This document shows, piece after piece, positions 34,976 to 45,500 of a DNA stretch of 64,000 nucleotides (its first letter is position 1; each line of letters opens with the position of its first letter). A program made the position numbers and the translations under genes. Origin of the DNA: Flaccisagitta enflata (lineage: Eukaryota); contig OZ231126.1 of assembly GCA_965153355.1 (NCBI GenBank), forward strand, positions 10,478,001 to 10,542,000, given 5' to 3'. The notes beneath the pieces are model-generated. The model was not told the origin of the DNA. It did no database searches and was given only the letters and a program-made list of their open reading frames with translations.

Positions 34976-36528
34976 TCATGATGCGCGAAAATTGGTGGCT
35001 CATGTCTCTGGGCAAAGTGAGCAGAGTGGTTACCTTCGTTAGGCAGCTCAAAAGATACTGATTTAGGCGGGAGCATCGGTAAAGTCAAATCGTAATCAAC
35101 GTTGTTGTAGTAAGGGGGCCCATTAGGCTCAGGCATAGGGCCAAAACCATTGAAGTTTTGAGAGGGCCCGCGATTTGGCACTTGGCTTGAAGCTCCAAAG
35201 CCACGGGAGCTACTACCGGAGCGCGGCGGCGGCTGCTGTTGCTGCGGCGGCGGCTGCTGTTGCGGCGGCGGCGGCGGCTGCGCCTGATAAAAGTTCTGTT
35301 GCTGATTACGGAACTGATTTGGCTGATAAGGGCGTTCATTTTGATGATTCGAAGAGCTAAGGCCATCCTGACGATAATGCTGATTGCCTTGCTGATACGG
35401 TTGAGGATTAGGCCGATAGTGCTGATTGCCTTGAGAGTGTTGATTATTCTGATGATAAGGAGGCTGATAAGGTTGTCCACTATGCTGATAGGGGACAAAA
35501 TTTTGCTGATAGGGCTGTCCACTTTGCTGATAAGGACGATGTGGGCTGATTGGCTGACTGGGCTGATAAGAAGGGTTGGACTGATACTGCTGAGGATAGG
35601 ATTGACGCGGTGGATAGTTGCGATCGTAAGAGGGAGGCCGACAGTTGAAGTTTTGATTGTAATTATTTGGCGAGCGAAATGGCAACCCATGCGGAGAACG
35701 CTGGCCATACGCAGGCGTGTAATTGCCTCTACCACCAGGAGAGGGGGCACGAGAGCGGCGCTCGGTATCAGATTGGGTTGCCAAGTGCTCAATCAAGCTA
35801 TTGATCGATTTGTTTGTCTCCTTCTGCATGGCGAGAGACTCTTTGTGAGCAAGCGATAGTGCGCTAATCTGATCAGTGAGGTTATCAACCACTGGATTCT
35901 TAAAGGCAGCCAGAACGGGAGGAACAGCCAAAGCAGCAGAAAGAGGCAGTTTTGAATTCAACAAGCCAGTGTATGGTGAAGTGCCGTTGTTGCGGGAGAG
36001 AATGTCCTTAAACTTTTCCGCGCGTTCGCGGGCCATGGTGATGTCCGTAGATCTCACTGGCATTCCAGCATCAACATAATGTTGATAATTGGGAGGCAGT
36101 CCAGCAATAAATCGCTTGAACACTTCCCGATTGAACAAATCCTCATTTGCGACCACTTCAGGGTCGTATTGACGAGTCGCAGAAATGATTTTATTTTCAT
36201 AAATGGACAAAGGAGACTCGCCGTCCCATTTAATGTAGTCAAGCTTTGACTTAAATGTCTGTGCCTTGGAAGGGTCGCTAAACTTCTGTATGAATTCAGC
36301 CTTGAGAGCATCCCAGTCGTTGATGTTGTCGGAAGATTCATACAACGTTAAGGAGAAATCATCGAGCTTAGTAGGCAAAATTCTAATGTAGGCAGACTTT
36401 TTCTGAGCAGCGGTAGCGTCGGCAGCCAAATGTGCATCAACAGACCTCTCGTATCTCTTCAGGAAGATGGTTATATCTTGACCGCTCTCGTAGCAATAAG
36501 GCTTTATATCGACGAATTTATGCTCCAT
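34966..36528 (-). CDS. gag: Gag (520 aa): capsid-like N-half, coiled coil, Q/P/Y/N-rich tail without CCHC
   Basis: Position between PBS and pol. Retrotransposon Gag-like motifs (FLKRYE, WDALKAEFIQKF, RFIAGLP). Confidence 0.88.
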   Translation of the reverse strand: MEHKFVDIKPYCYESGQDITIFLKRYERSVDAHLAADATAAQKKSAYIRILPTKLDDFSLTLYESSDNINDWDALKAEFIQKFSDPSKAQTFKSKLDYIKWDGESPLSIYENKIISATRQYDPEVVANEDLFNREVFKRFIAGLPPNYQHYVDAGMPVRSTDITMARERAEKFKDILSRNNGTSPYTGLLNSKLPLSAALAVPPVLAAFKNPVVDNLTDQISALSLAHKESLAMQKETNKSINSLIEHLATQSDTERRSRAPSPGGRGNYTPAYGQRSPHGLPFRSPNNYNQNFNCRPPSYDRNYPPRQSYPQQYQSNPSYQPSQPISPHRPYQQSGQPYQQNFVPYQHSGQPYQPPYHQNNQHSQGNQHYRPNPQPYQQGNQHYRQDGLSSSNHQNERPYQPNQFRNQQQNFYQAQPPPPPQQQPPPQQQQPPPRSGSSSRGFGASSQVPNRGPSQNFNGFGPMPEPNGPPYYNNVDYDLTLPMLPPKSVSFELPNEGNHSAHFAQRHEPPIFAHHEDF

Positions 36529-37105
36529 GATTGACGTAGGAAGTAATTGATAGAGCAGAACAATTGCAGATAAGGCAGCGCCCAGGACTCAGCAAACGGG
36601 AGGAGGCATGGACTAAGTGCAACCAAGTGGCAGCGGTCCAGAGAGCCAAGAAAAAAAAGTAATAAAATTTCAATGTGGATCAAAGTTGGTCGGAATCTTT
36701 GGTCGGCAAGTGTGGCTCGCTTAAGTAAATCAACTAACGACGACGACGACAACGCAATTACGTAACGAGAAATAGACTTGAGGGGGGGAGGCACTAGTCG
36801 CCTAGGTGCGGCCAGATGGGCGCGGGCGACAAGTGGAATAAAAGAGAGAATTTAATAGGTGTAATCGATGGCAGACAAGAGAGATCACAAGATGCCTAGG
36901 TGCAGCCAGGTGGATGCGGGCAGCAAGTGAAATAAGATTCAAAGAGGAAGAAGGGGATGAACCGGACTACTCACTAGTACACAAAAAAAAATTAGAAAGA
37001 GTAAAAAGATGATTGAAAAGGAAAAAAAAACGATTTTGCAAAACCTAAGATTTATACCCAACTTTCAAAACGTAAAAGAGTGGAGAGGATAGAGAGAGAG
37101 AGAAA

Positions 37106-38690
37106 AACAAGGCCAACACCTATAAGTCGCGTGCAGGACAAAAATAACTGAACTGGCCTGACTCCTAATCATATCTTTTTATCGAGAATCAGACTTAAAC
37201 CAGACCCAAACCAGACCCAAACCAGACCCAAACCAGACTCAAACCAGACTCAAACCAGACTCAAACCAGACTCAAACCAGACTCAAACCAGACTCAAACC
37301 AGACTCAAACCAGACTCAAACCAGACTCAAACCAGACTCAAACCAGACTCAAACCAGACTCAAACCAGACTCAAACCAGACTCAAACCAGACTCAAACCA
37401 GACTCAAACCAGACTCAAACCAGACTCAAACCAGAATTAAACCAGACCGAAACCAGACCTAAACCAGACGTAAACCAGACCTAAACCAGACCTAAACCAG
37501 ACCTAAACCAGACCTAAACCCGACCTAAACCAGCAGACTTAAACCAGCAGACTTAAACCAGCAGACTTAAACCAGCAGACTTAAACCAGCAGACTTAAAC
37601 CAGCAGACTTAAACCAGCAGACCTAAACCAGCAGACTTAAACCAGCAGACTTAAACCAGAAAACTTAAACCAGCAGACTTAAACCAGCAGACTTAAACCA
37701 GCAGACTTAAACCAGCAGACTTAAACCAGCAGACTTAAACCAGCAGACCTAAACCAGCAGACTTAAACCAGCAGACTTAAACCAGCAGACTTAAACCAGC
37801 AGACTTAAACCAGCCGACTTAAACCAGCCAACTTAAACCAGCCAACTTAAACCAGCTGACTTAAACCAGCAGACTTAAACCAGCTGACTTAAACCAGCTG
37901 ACTTAAACCAGCAGACTTAAACCAGCTGACTTAAACCAGCTGACTTAAACCAGCTGACTTAAACCAGCTGACTTAAACCAGCTGACTTAAACCAGCTGAC
38001 TTAAACCAGCTGACTTAAACCAGCCAATTTAAACCAGTCACCTTAAATCAGCAGACTTAAACCAGCAGACTTAAACCAGCCAATTTAACCCAGCCGATTT
38101 AAACCAGCCAACACCTATAGACAACACAAAAATGCTAAGTGACCAAAATGACCAAAAATGACCAAAAATGACCGAAAATGACCGAAAATGACCGAAAATG
38201 ACCGAAAATCACCGAGAATGACCGAAAATGACCGAAAATGACCGAAAATGACTGAAAATGACCAAAAATGACCAAAAATGACCAAAAATGACCAAAAATG
38301 ACCGAAATGACCAAAAATGACCAAAAATGACCAAAAATGAACAAAAATGAACAAATATGACCAAAAATGACCAAAAATGACCAAAAATGACCAAAAATGA
38401 TCATAAATGATAAAAAATGACCAAAAATGATCAAAAATGACCAAAATGACCAAAATGACCAAAATGACTAAAATGACCAAAAATGACCAAAAATGACCAA
38501 AAATGATAAAAAACGACCAAAAACAACCAATAATTCTCAAAAACACCAAAAAAATGATTCAAAATAACTCCAGACGACCCAAACTGACAAAAAACGACGT
38601 AAAAAAGCAAAGTGTTACGGACGGACGGACCGACCGACGGACGGACGGACCGACGGAGCGGGTTGTAGAGTCGCGTGCACGCGACTAAAA
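37106..38690 (-). mobile_element. DINE-1/HINE-like element with large central tandem arrays, nested in the retrotransposon leader
   Basis: AACAAGGCC end, (GGAC)n tract, AGTCGCGTGCACGCGACT hairpin, insertion in an A/T run without TSD. Arrays of 11-, 14- and 10-mers. Confidence 0.75.
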
Positions 38691-38956
38691 ACGCGGATTT
38701 TTAGAGCAGAGACTGAAAGTTAGAGGACTAAGTGCGGCCAGGCGGCGCGCGGCCCTGCTAACCAAGAAGGAGTGATTTTGTATAAAAATAGAATTTTGTA
38801 AAATCATTTACCATCGTGTGTAAAATGGTAAGATAGTGTGTTCTTACGAGGCAACGAAAAATGATTGCTAAAATATGGAAGCTAATTGCTATTAATTAAT
38901 AATCCGCGAATTCTCGGAGCTTAGGCTCTTTTTGGTTACAAAATTTAACTTTGTAC

Positions 38957-39124
38957 TCAAAATTTAAGCACTCTGCGCGCTTTTGGTCCCTTTGGAGTGG
39001 AGGGGACTGGTTCTTTGGTGGCCAATTTAAAGACGGTAAGACGCGAATAATGTAGAATGTCCCTCAACGTGAATAGGATGGCCACAAGAACGACGAGAAT
39101 AAGCATGTTAATGATCAACTCCAT
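38957..39124 (-). CDS. Possible 55-aa single-pass membrane peptide in the leader
   Basis: MELIINMLILVVLVAILFTLRD...basic tail. ATG preceded by an acceptor-like catatttcAG at ~39156. Confidence 0.3.
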   Translation of the reverse strand: MELIINMLILVVLVAILFTLRDILHYSRLTVFKLATKEPVPSTPKGPKARRVLKF

Positions 39125-40277
39125 GATTAAATTCGAGTTTGGAATCAAGTATCAACTGAAATATGAAGGCACTCTTGAATTCGGCTGTTTTATCGGCGAT
39201 TATCGGCAACAACCAGGGATACGGAGGAATTAACAAATGAGTCCCTAGAGCTGACTTGGCGGTAATGAATTAAAGTTGCAACGGTACTAGATGAATTAAA
39301 TGTCGTAGCCAACGGGGCAAAAGAACGGAGCCTTCTTAATTTTTACCGCAAAAAAAAAAAAAAGGAATAGGAGACTTGGCAGTGGTGTTGTAATTAAATG
39401 AATCAAATTGCTGAGAATTTATCACACGTGTTCTAATTTTACCGACGATAAACGGAGCAGCACTCGGTAATTATCTAAGAAAAGAATCCCGTCCTCATTT
39501 TGCAGTCTGCACACCCCATGATGTGTTGCATGGGAAATCACTAGTCTTACAAAGTACAACAAGATAATTAGACTGGACGATGACGGTGGGCAGGCTCGCA
39601 GATAAAGACACCGGGGCGTTGTATTGTATGTATTTTGGACGTCCTTGTGAATGTGTGGCATCCCCCAGCAAGGCAAAGACTTCACCCATGCAGCAGAAGC
39701 GAATATGCGCGCATTTCGCCGTGCAACCCCCGCCAGGAATCCGGCCAATAAGGTAGGCACGACGACGATTACGAAAACGGACGACGAGACTGGCAACGTC
39801 CAATGCCAGATCTGCAAAATTTGAATGAGAAAAGTCTCCCCTGAGATCCGACTGTACAAGTACTCAGAGGTTCAGAATAAAGAACGATGGTGGCCATTCA
39901 CACATGGGCATGAACTTTTATCAACTTCTCCCCTGCCACAGGATTCCCGAAGAAGAGCTTAACCAAGATTACCGGGGAAACGGCGGAGATAACTGTCATT
40001 ACCTTGAGCTTTTTCCATTTATCGCGGGAAATGAAAATCGAAATTCTTGAGTGGGAAATCTCTTGGCTCCGACGATAGCTTAAACCGAAATAACGAAATG
40101 GTTCTTACCAAACCGCGTTGGCTGAAGATTGGAAACAAAAGCTCGCATAAAATAACTTAGGTTCAGTGGCATGAGTAAATTAACAGCATCGGTGGTGAAG
40201 AGAATCATTACAGGCTATGAAACCAGACACGCTTAGCGGCCCTCTGTTCGGGTGCTTGCACACTGAGTGCAATCCTG

Positions 40278-40287
40278 CGATGCACCA
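40278..40287 (-). promoter_or_regulatory. Primer-binding site TGGTGCATCG, complementary to the 3' end of tRNA-Gly(GCC)
   Basis: 2 nt from the 5' LTR. Complements ...CGATGCACCA-3', the invertebrate tRNA-Gly(GCC) 3' end as recalled. Confidence 0.85.
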
Positions 40288-40289
40288 AA

Positions 40290-40970
40290 TGGGGCAGGGT
40301 ATACCTAGTCGATCCATGAGGGAGGAGGCTATTGCCATTAATATGACCATTATATCCACCATGTCACCAATTCATGACTACTTACTAACCTTGTTCCTTG
40401 TCCTTGTTCCTTATCCTTGTTCTTTATCCTTGTCCTTGAACGAACTATCCCTCAAAGGAGACCGGGTATCCTTTGCCCACAAGGAGTGTTTTTAGTGTAA
40501 CTACGCCAAGTTAGCCTCTAAGGCAATTCACATCTGAGTGAAAGAAGAGGAACCTATGTAATTTACTACAATACAGTTGTTGCCTTTATTAAGAGAATAC
40601 ACACTGAATACTCTGACAATTGATGATGATACTTGAGGCTAAGGAGTGGGAGGTCAACAAGTGACTGTGTCCCTGAACTTGGTGGACCCAAGCTGAGTGG
40701 CTAAGTTTTCCTTTGGATAGATCAAAACTACTAAATACTATCAAGCCACTAAGAGATGAGACCAAGAAATGGATATTTAACTAGTTTATCATCAATAAAA
40801 CCATAAAACGATATAGCTATGAAAACTAGACAACAAGACGAGTAAGGGTAACTAGATAACAAACTAATAAATGTATAACACAAAAACGTATAAGCCGATG
40901 AATGCTCATCGGCAATATGCAAATGAGATTTTCGTATCACTCCTCCATGGACCACTTACGCTCTGCCACA
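40290..40970 (-). repeat. 5' LTR (681 bp)
   Basis: TG...CA ends; followed on the minus strand by TT and the PBS. Confidence 0.97.
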
Positions 40971-41155
40971 GTACCGCTGACCATCTTACGCTTTTGCGAC
41001 TATTCCACTTTTTGACACATGCATTACGGACTGACGGATGGACGGACCAATGGACAGACGGAGCTCTTATAGAGTTGCTGTGCGCAACTAGATAGCAGAT
41101 GAGGAATACAAAGACATATTCCTAGTTTCTTTTTACCTTTTCAAAAGAGATAGAG

Positions 41156-41391
41156 ACACCAGGTAATCTGTAACGTAAAACAGTGAGATATAACCTCGAG
41201 GGAGCTCGGAATCGCTCAGGTTTTGCTCGGGTTTTGTTCAGGGTTGCTCGGGGTTGCCTGGGGTTGCTCGCGCTCGGAGCTGCTCAGGCAACCCTAAGCA
41301 AACCCCAAGAACCCCAAGCAAACCCCGATCAAACCCTGAGCTGGAGGTTTAATCTCATCCCAGATTACGGGAGATTACAAGAGATAGCTAC
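41156..41391. repeat. Palindromic (GGGTTGCTC/GAGCAACCC) dispersed repeat; inverted relative at ~13568-13881
   Basis: Shared ends ACACCAGG.AATCTGTAACGTAAAACAGTGAGAT and internal inverted 9-10-mers. Confidence 0.7.
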
Positions 41392-42039
41392 TAGTTCTTA
41401 ATTTTTTTACAAGTATTTTTTTACTAGTATTTTTTACTAGTATTTTAAGGCTTGATGTTCTTATACAAATCAAGAGGGCCTGTTTTTAATGACGACCAAA
41501 AACGCGTTTCTTCCCGTTAAACGTGATTTTAGCATGAACACATAATCATGACTTTCAACCCTCCCACAAGGTAGTGAGCGAAGTGAGTGAGCGAGCCTAT
41601 GAATGGAGCAAGCTAGCAAGCGTAGTGAAGTAAAGCGCTGCAGAGCGAATGAGCGGAGTGAGCAATGCCAGCGAACGAACGTAGCGAGCGACCAAGTGGG
41701 CCGTTGTCTGTGACTAGAAACGCAGTATTGTGGATGAATTTACTGACAGGCACACCGATATTCATGAAATCACTAGGCTTACTAACCAACCAACCTCTTA
41801 CCCATTCCGTCATTTTTAGTCGCGTGCTATGCGACTCTACACCCTGCTTTGTCCGTTGGTCAGTTGGTTGGTTAGTCGCTCGGTTACACTATACTTTTTT
41901 ATGTTTTTTTACTCTTTGACCGTGCTGCTCCTGCCCAAATGCTCTGGTGACCTCAAATATGGCCCCTGCTCGCCCGCACACGTCTGGGGTAGCCGTGTAT
42001 CCGGCCTTGTTCCACAGAAAAGTCAAAACTAAAACAATC

Positions 42040-42432
42040 AGTCATCCAGGGTTCATGTCTGAATCGTTTTGAGTTGTGCTTGACACATTTTGTAGTTATG
42101 TTGGAGTAATAGTGATGGCCGTAAATTGAGATAATATTATCATAAACAGTATTTGGATCAGTGTCAGATAAAGCATGATGCCAGTCATGCATCATTAGCC
42201 CTTCCTTTCGTTTTTTGTGTCCTTCTGAAGTAAAGAAAGATATGATAGTGGCGGACCTCTGTTGTTTTTTTGGTGCTCTAGCCTTCAATACAGTGAAAAC
42301 TGGTTTATGGTCTGTATATCCGCAGCTTCCTGCTAACTCTGTATCAATTATACCACTTACTATGGTAATGGGATTATTCCGAGTAAATATATGATCAATT
42401 AGGGTTGCTGACTGATTTTTTATTCTGGTCAC
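42040..42432 (-). pseudogene. Fragment of CR1/L2-type LINE ORF2 (end of the APE endonuclease)
   Basis: TRI...SATLIDHIF, TDHKPVF and PWMT motifs. Truncated on both sides. Confidence 0.85.
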
Positions 42433-42565
42433 TCAACTACTTCATTAAATCACTCCAAGCAGGGCATCTGGTACCGCTGACCATGTGCGATCCTTGGATG
42501 ACTAGTTTTCTTTTAAATGACATGATTTTTTGTAAGTTTTTTTGACATTAAGAAAAAATGTTTGG

Positions 42566-45500
42566 ATTGTATCCAGTATCTGCGCCACCATCTTTAATGA
42601 ATTAGTTTAAGCCAGTAAAAGGTCATTCATTTCATTCTCTTTGATCTTACTGAAGCATAAAACAGGCCTAATTAACATGTCCGTGTCACCTAAAAGTTTT
42701 TTGTCACACCATTATATGAAATAAAAAAAGTCTTATCTAATAAGAGAGAATCAGGTATCCAGTATCCAGTATCCAGTATCCAGTATCTGCATCACCACAT
42801 ACACTCAAACAATGGACTCTAGTCTGAGCTTAGATACTGTAGACTAGCATTAAGGGTCAAGGGTCGCATGTTTAAAACAAAAAGACAACATTTTCTAGGC
42901 TTACAGAGAATCAAGTATCCAGTATCCAGTATCCAGTATCCAGTATCCAGTATCCAGTATCTGCGCCACCATCTTTAATGAATTAGTTTAAACCAGTAAA
43001 AGGTCATTCATTTCATTCTCTTTGATCTTACTGAAGCATAAAACAGGCCTAATTAACATGTCCGTGTCACCTAAAAGTCTTTTGTCACACCATTATATGA
43101 AATAAAAAAAGTCTTATCTAATAAGAGAGAATCAGGTATCCAGTATCCAGTATCCAGTATCCAGTATCTGCATCACCACATACACTCAAACAATGGACTC
43201 TAGTCTGAGCTTAGATACTGTAGACTAGCATTTAGGGTCAAGGGTCGCATGTTTAAAACAAAAAGACAACATTTTCTAGGCTTACAGAGAATCAAGTATC
43301 CAGTATCCAGTATCCAGTATCCAGTATCCAGTATCCAGTATCTGCGCCACCATCTTTGATGAATTAGTTTAAACCAGTAAAAGGTCATTCATTTCATTCT
43401 CTATGATCTTACTGAAGCATAAAACAGGCCTAATTAACATGTCCTTGTCACCTAAAAGTCTTTTGTCACACCATTATATGAAATAAAAAAAGTCTTATCT
43501 AATAAGAGAGAATCAGATATCACCACATACACTCAAACAATGGACTCTAGTCTGAGCTCAGATACTGTAGACTAGCATTGAGGGTCAAGGGTCGCATGTT
43601 TAAAACAAAAAGACAACATTTTCTAGGCTTACAGAGAATCAAGTATCCAGTATCCAGTATCCAGTATCCAGTATCCAGTATCTGCGCCACCATCTTTGAT
43701 GAATTAGTTTAAACCAGTAAAAAGTCATTCATTTCATTCTCTTTGATCTTACTGAAGCATAAAACAGGCCTAATTAACATGTCCGTGTCACCTAAAAGTC
43801 TTTTGTCACACCATTATATGAAATAAAAAAAGTCTTATCTAATAAGAGAGAATCAGGTATCCAGTATCCAGTATCCAGTATCTGCATCACCACATACACT
43901 CAAACAATGGACTCTAGTCTGAGCTTAGATACTGTAGACTAGCATTAAGGGTCAAGGGTCGCATGTTTAAAACAAAAAGACAACATTTTCTAGGCTTACA
44001 GAGAATCAAGTATCCAGTATCCAGTATCCAGTATCCAGTATCCAGTATCCAGTATCCAGTATCTGCGCCACCATCTTTGATGAATTAGTTTAAACCAGTA
44101 AAAGGTCATTCATTTCATTCTCTATGATCTTACTGAAGCATAAAACAGGCCTAATTAACATGTCCGTGTCACCTAAAAGTCTTTTGTCACACCATTATAT
44201 GAAATAAAAAAAGTCTTATCTAATAAGAGAGAATCAGGTATCCAGTATCCAGTATCCAGTATCCAGTATCCAGTATCTGCATCACCACGTACACTCAAAC
44301 ATTGGACTCTAGTCTGAGCTTAGATACTGTAGACTAGCATTGAGGGTCAAGGGTCGCATGTTTAAAACAAAAAGACAACATTTTCTAGGCTTACAGAGAA
44401 TCAAGTATCCAGTATCTAGTATTCAGTATCTGCGCCACCATCTTTGTTGAATTAGTTTAAACCAGTAAAAGGTCATTCATTTCATTCTCTTTGATCTTGC
44501 TGAAGCATAAAACAGGCCTAATCAACATGTCCATGTCACCTAAAAGTCTTTTGTCACACCATTATATGAAATAAAAAAAGTCTTATCTGATAAGAGAGAA
44601 TCAAGTATTTAGTATCCAGTATCCAGTATCCAGTATCTTCATCACCACATACACTCAAACAATGGACTCTAGTCTGAGCTTAGATACTGTAGACTAGCAT
44701 TAAGGGTCAACGGTCGCATGTTTAAAACAAAAAGACAACATTTTCTAGGCTTACAGAGAATCAAGTATCCAGTATCCAGTATCCAGTATCCAGTATCCAG
44801 TATCTGCGCCACCATCTTTGATGAATTAGTTTAAACCAGCAAAAGGTCATTCATTTCATTCTCTTTGATCTTACTGAAACAATAAACAGGCCTAATTAAC
44901 ATGTCCGTGTCACCTAAAAGTCTTTTGTCACACCATTATATGAAATAAAAAAAGTCTTATCTAATAAGAGAGAATCAGGTATCCAGTATCCAGTATCCAG
45001 TATCTGCATCACCACATACACTCAAACAATGGACTCTAGTCTGAGCTTAGATACTGTAGACTAGCATTAAGGGTCAAGGGTCGCATGTTTAAAACAAAAA
45101 GACAACATTTTCTAGGTTTACAGAGAATCAAGTATCCAGTATCCAGTATCCAGTATCCAGTATCTGCGCCACCATCTTTAATGAATTAGTTTAAGCCAGT
45201 AAAAGGTCATTCATTTCATTCTCTTTGATCTTACTGAAGCATAAAACAGGCCTAATTAACATGTCCTTGTCACCTAAAAGTCTTTTGTCACACCATTATA
45301 TGAAATAAAAAAAGTCTTATCTAATAAGAGAGAATCAGGTATCCAGTATCCAGTATCCAGTATCTGCATCACCACATACACTCAAACAATGGACTCTAGT
45401 CTGAGCTTAGATACTGTAGACTAGCATTGAGGGTCAAGGGTCGCATGTTTAAAAATAAAAGACAACATTTTCTAGGCTTACAGAGAATCAAGTATCCAGT

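Larger units (their letters stand above)
22814..40970 (-). mobile_element. Full-length ~18.2-kb Ty3/Gypsy LTR retrotransposon with two extra cargo genes
   Basis: Paired TG...CA LTRs, GTAC TSD (22810-22813, 40971-40974), PBS, gag, and pol in PR-RT-RH-IN order. Confidence 0.96.

Noticed and set aside
35085-35859. Alternative-frame and antisense ORFs over gag
   Set aside because: Shadow frames of low-complexity Gln/Pro codons.
38115-38549. Hydrophobic (FGHFWSFLVI)n ORFs
   Set aside because: Translation of a 10-bp tandem repeat.
40160-40290. tRNA-Gly gene
   Set aside because: Only short, out-of-order matching segments with no cloverleaf; better explained as primer-binding elements.
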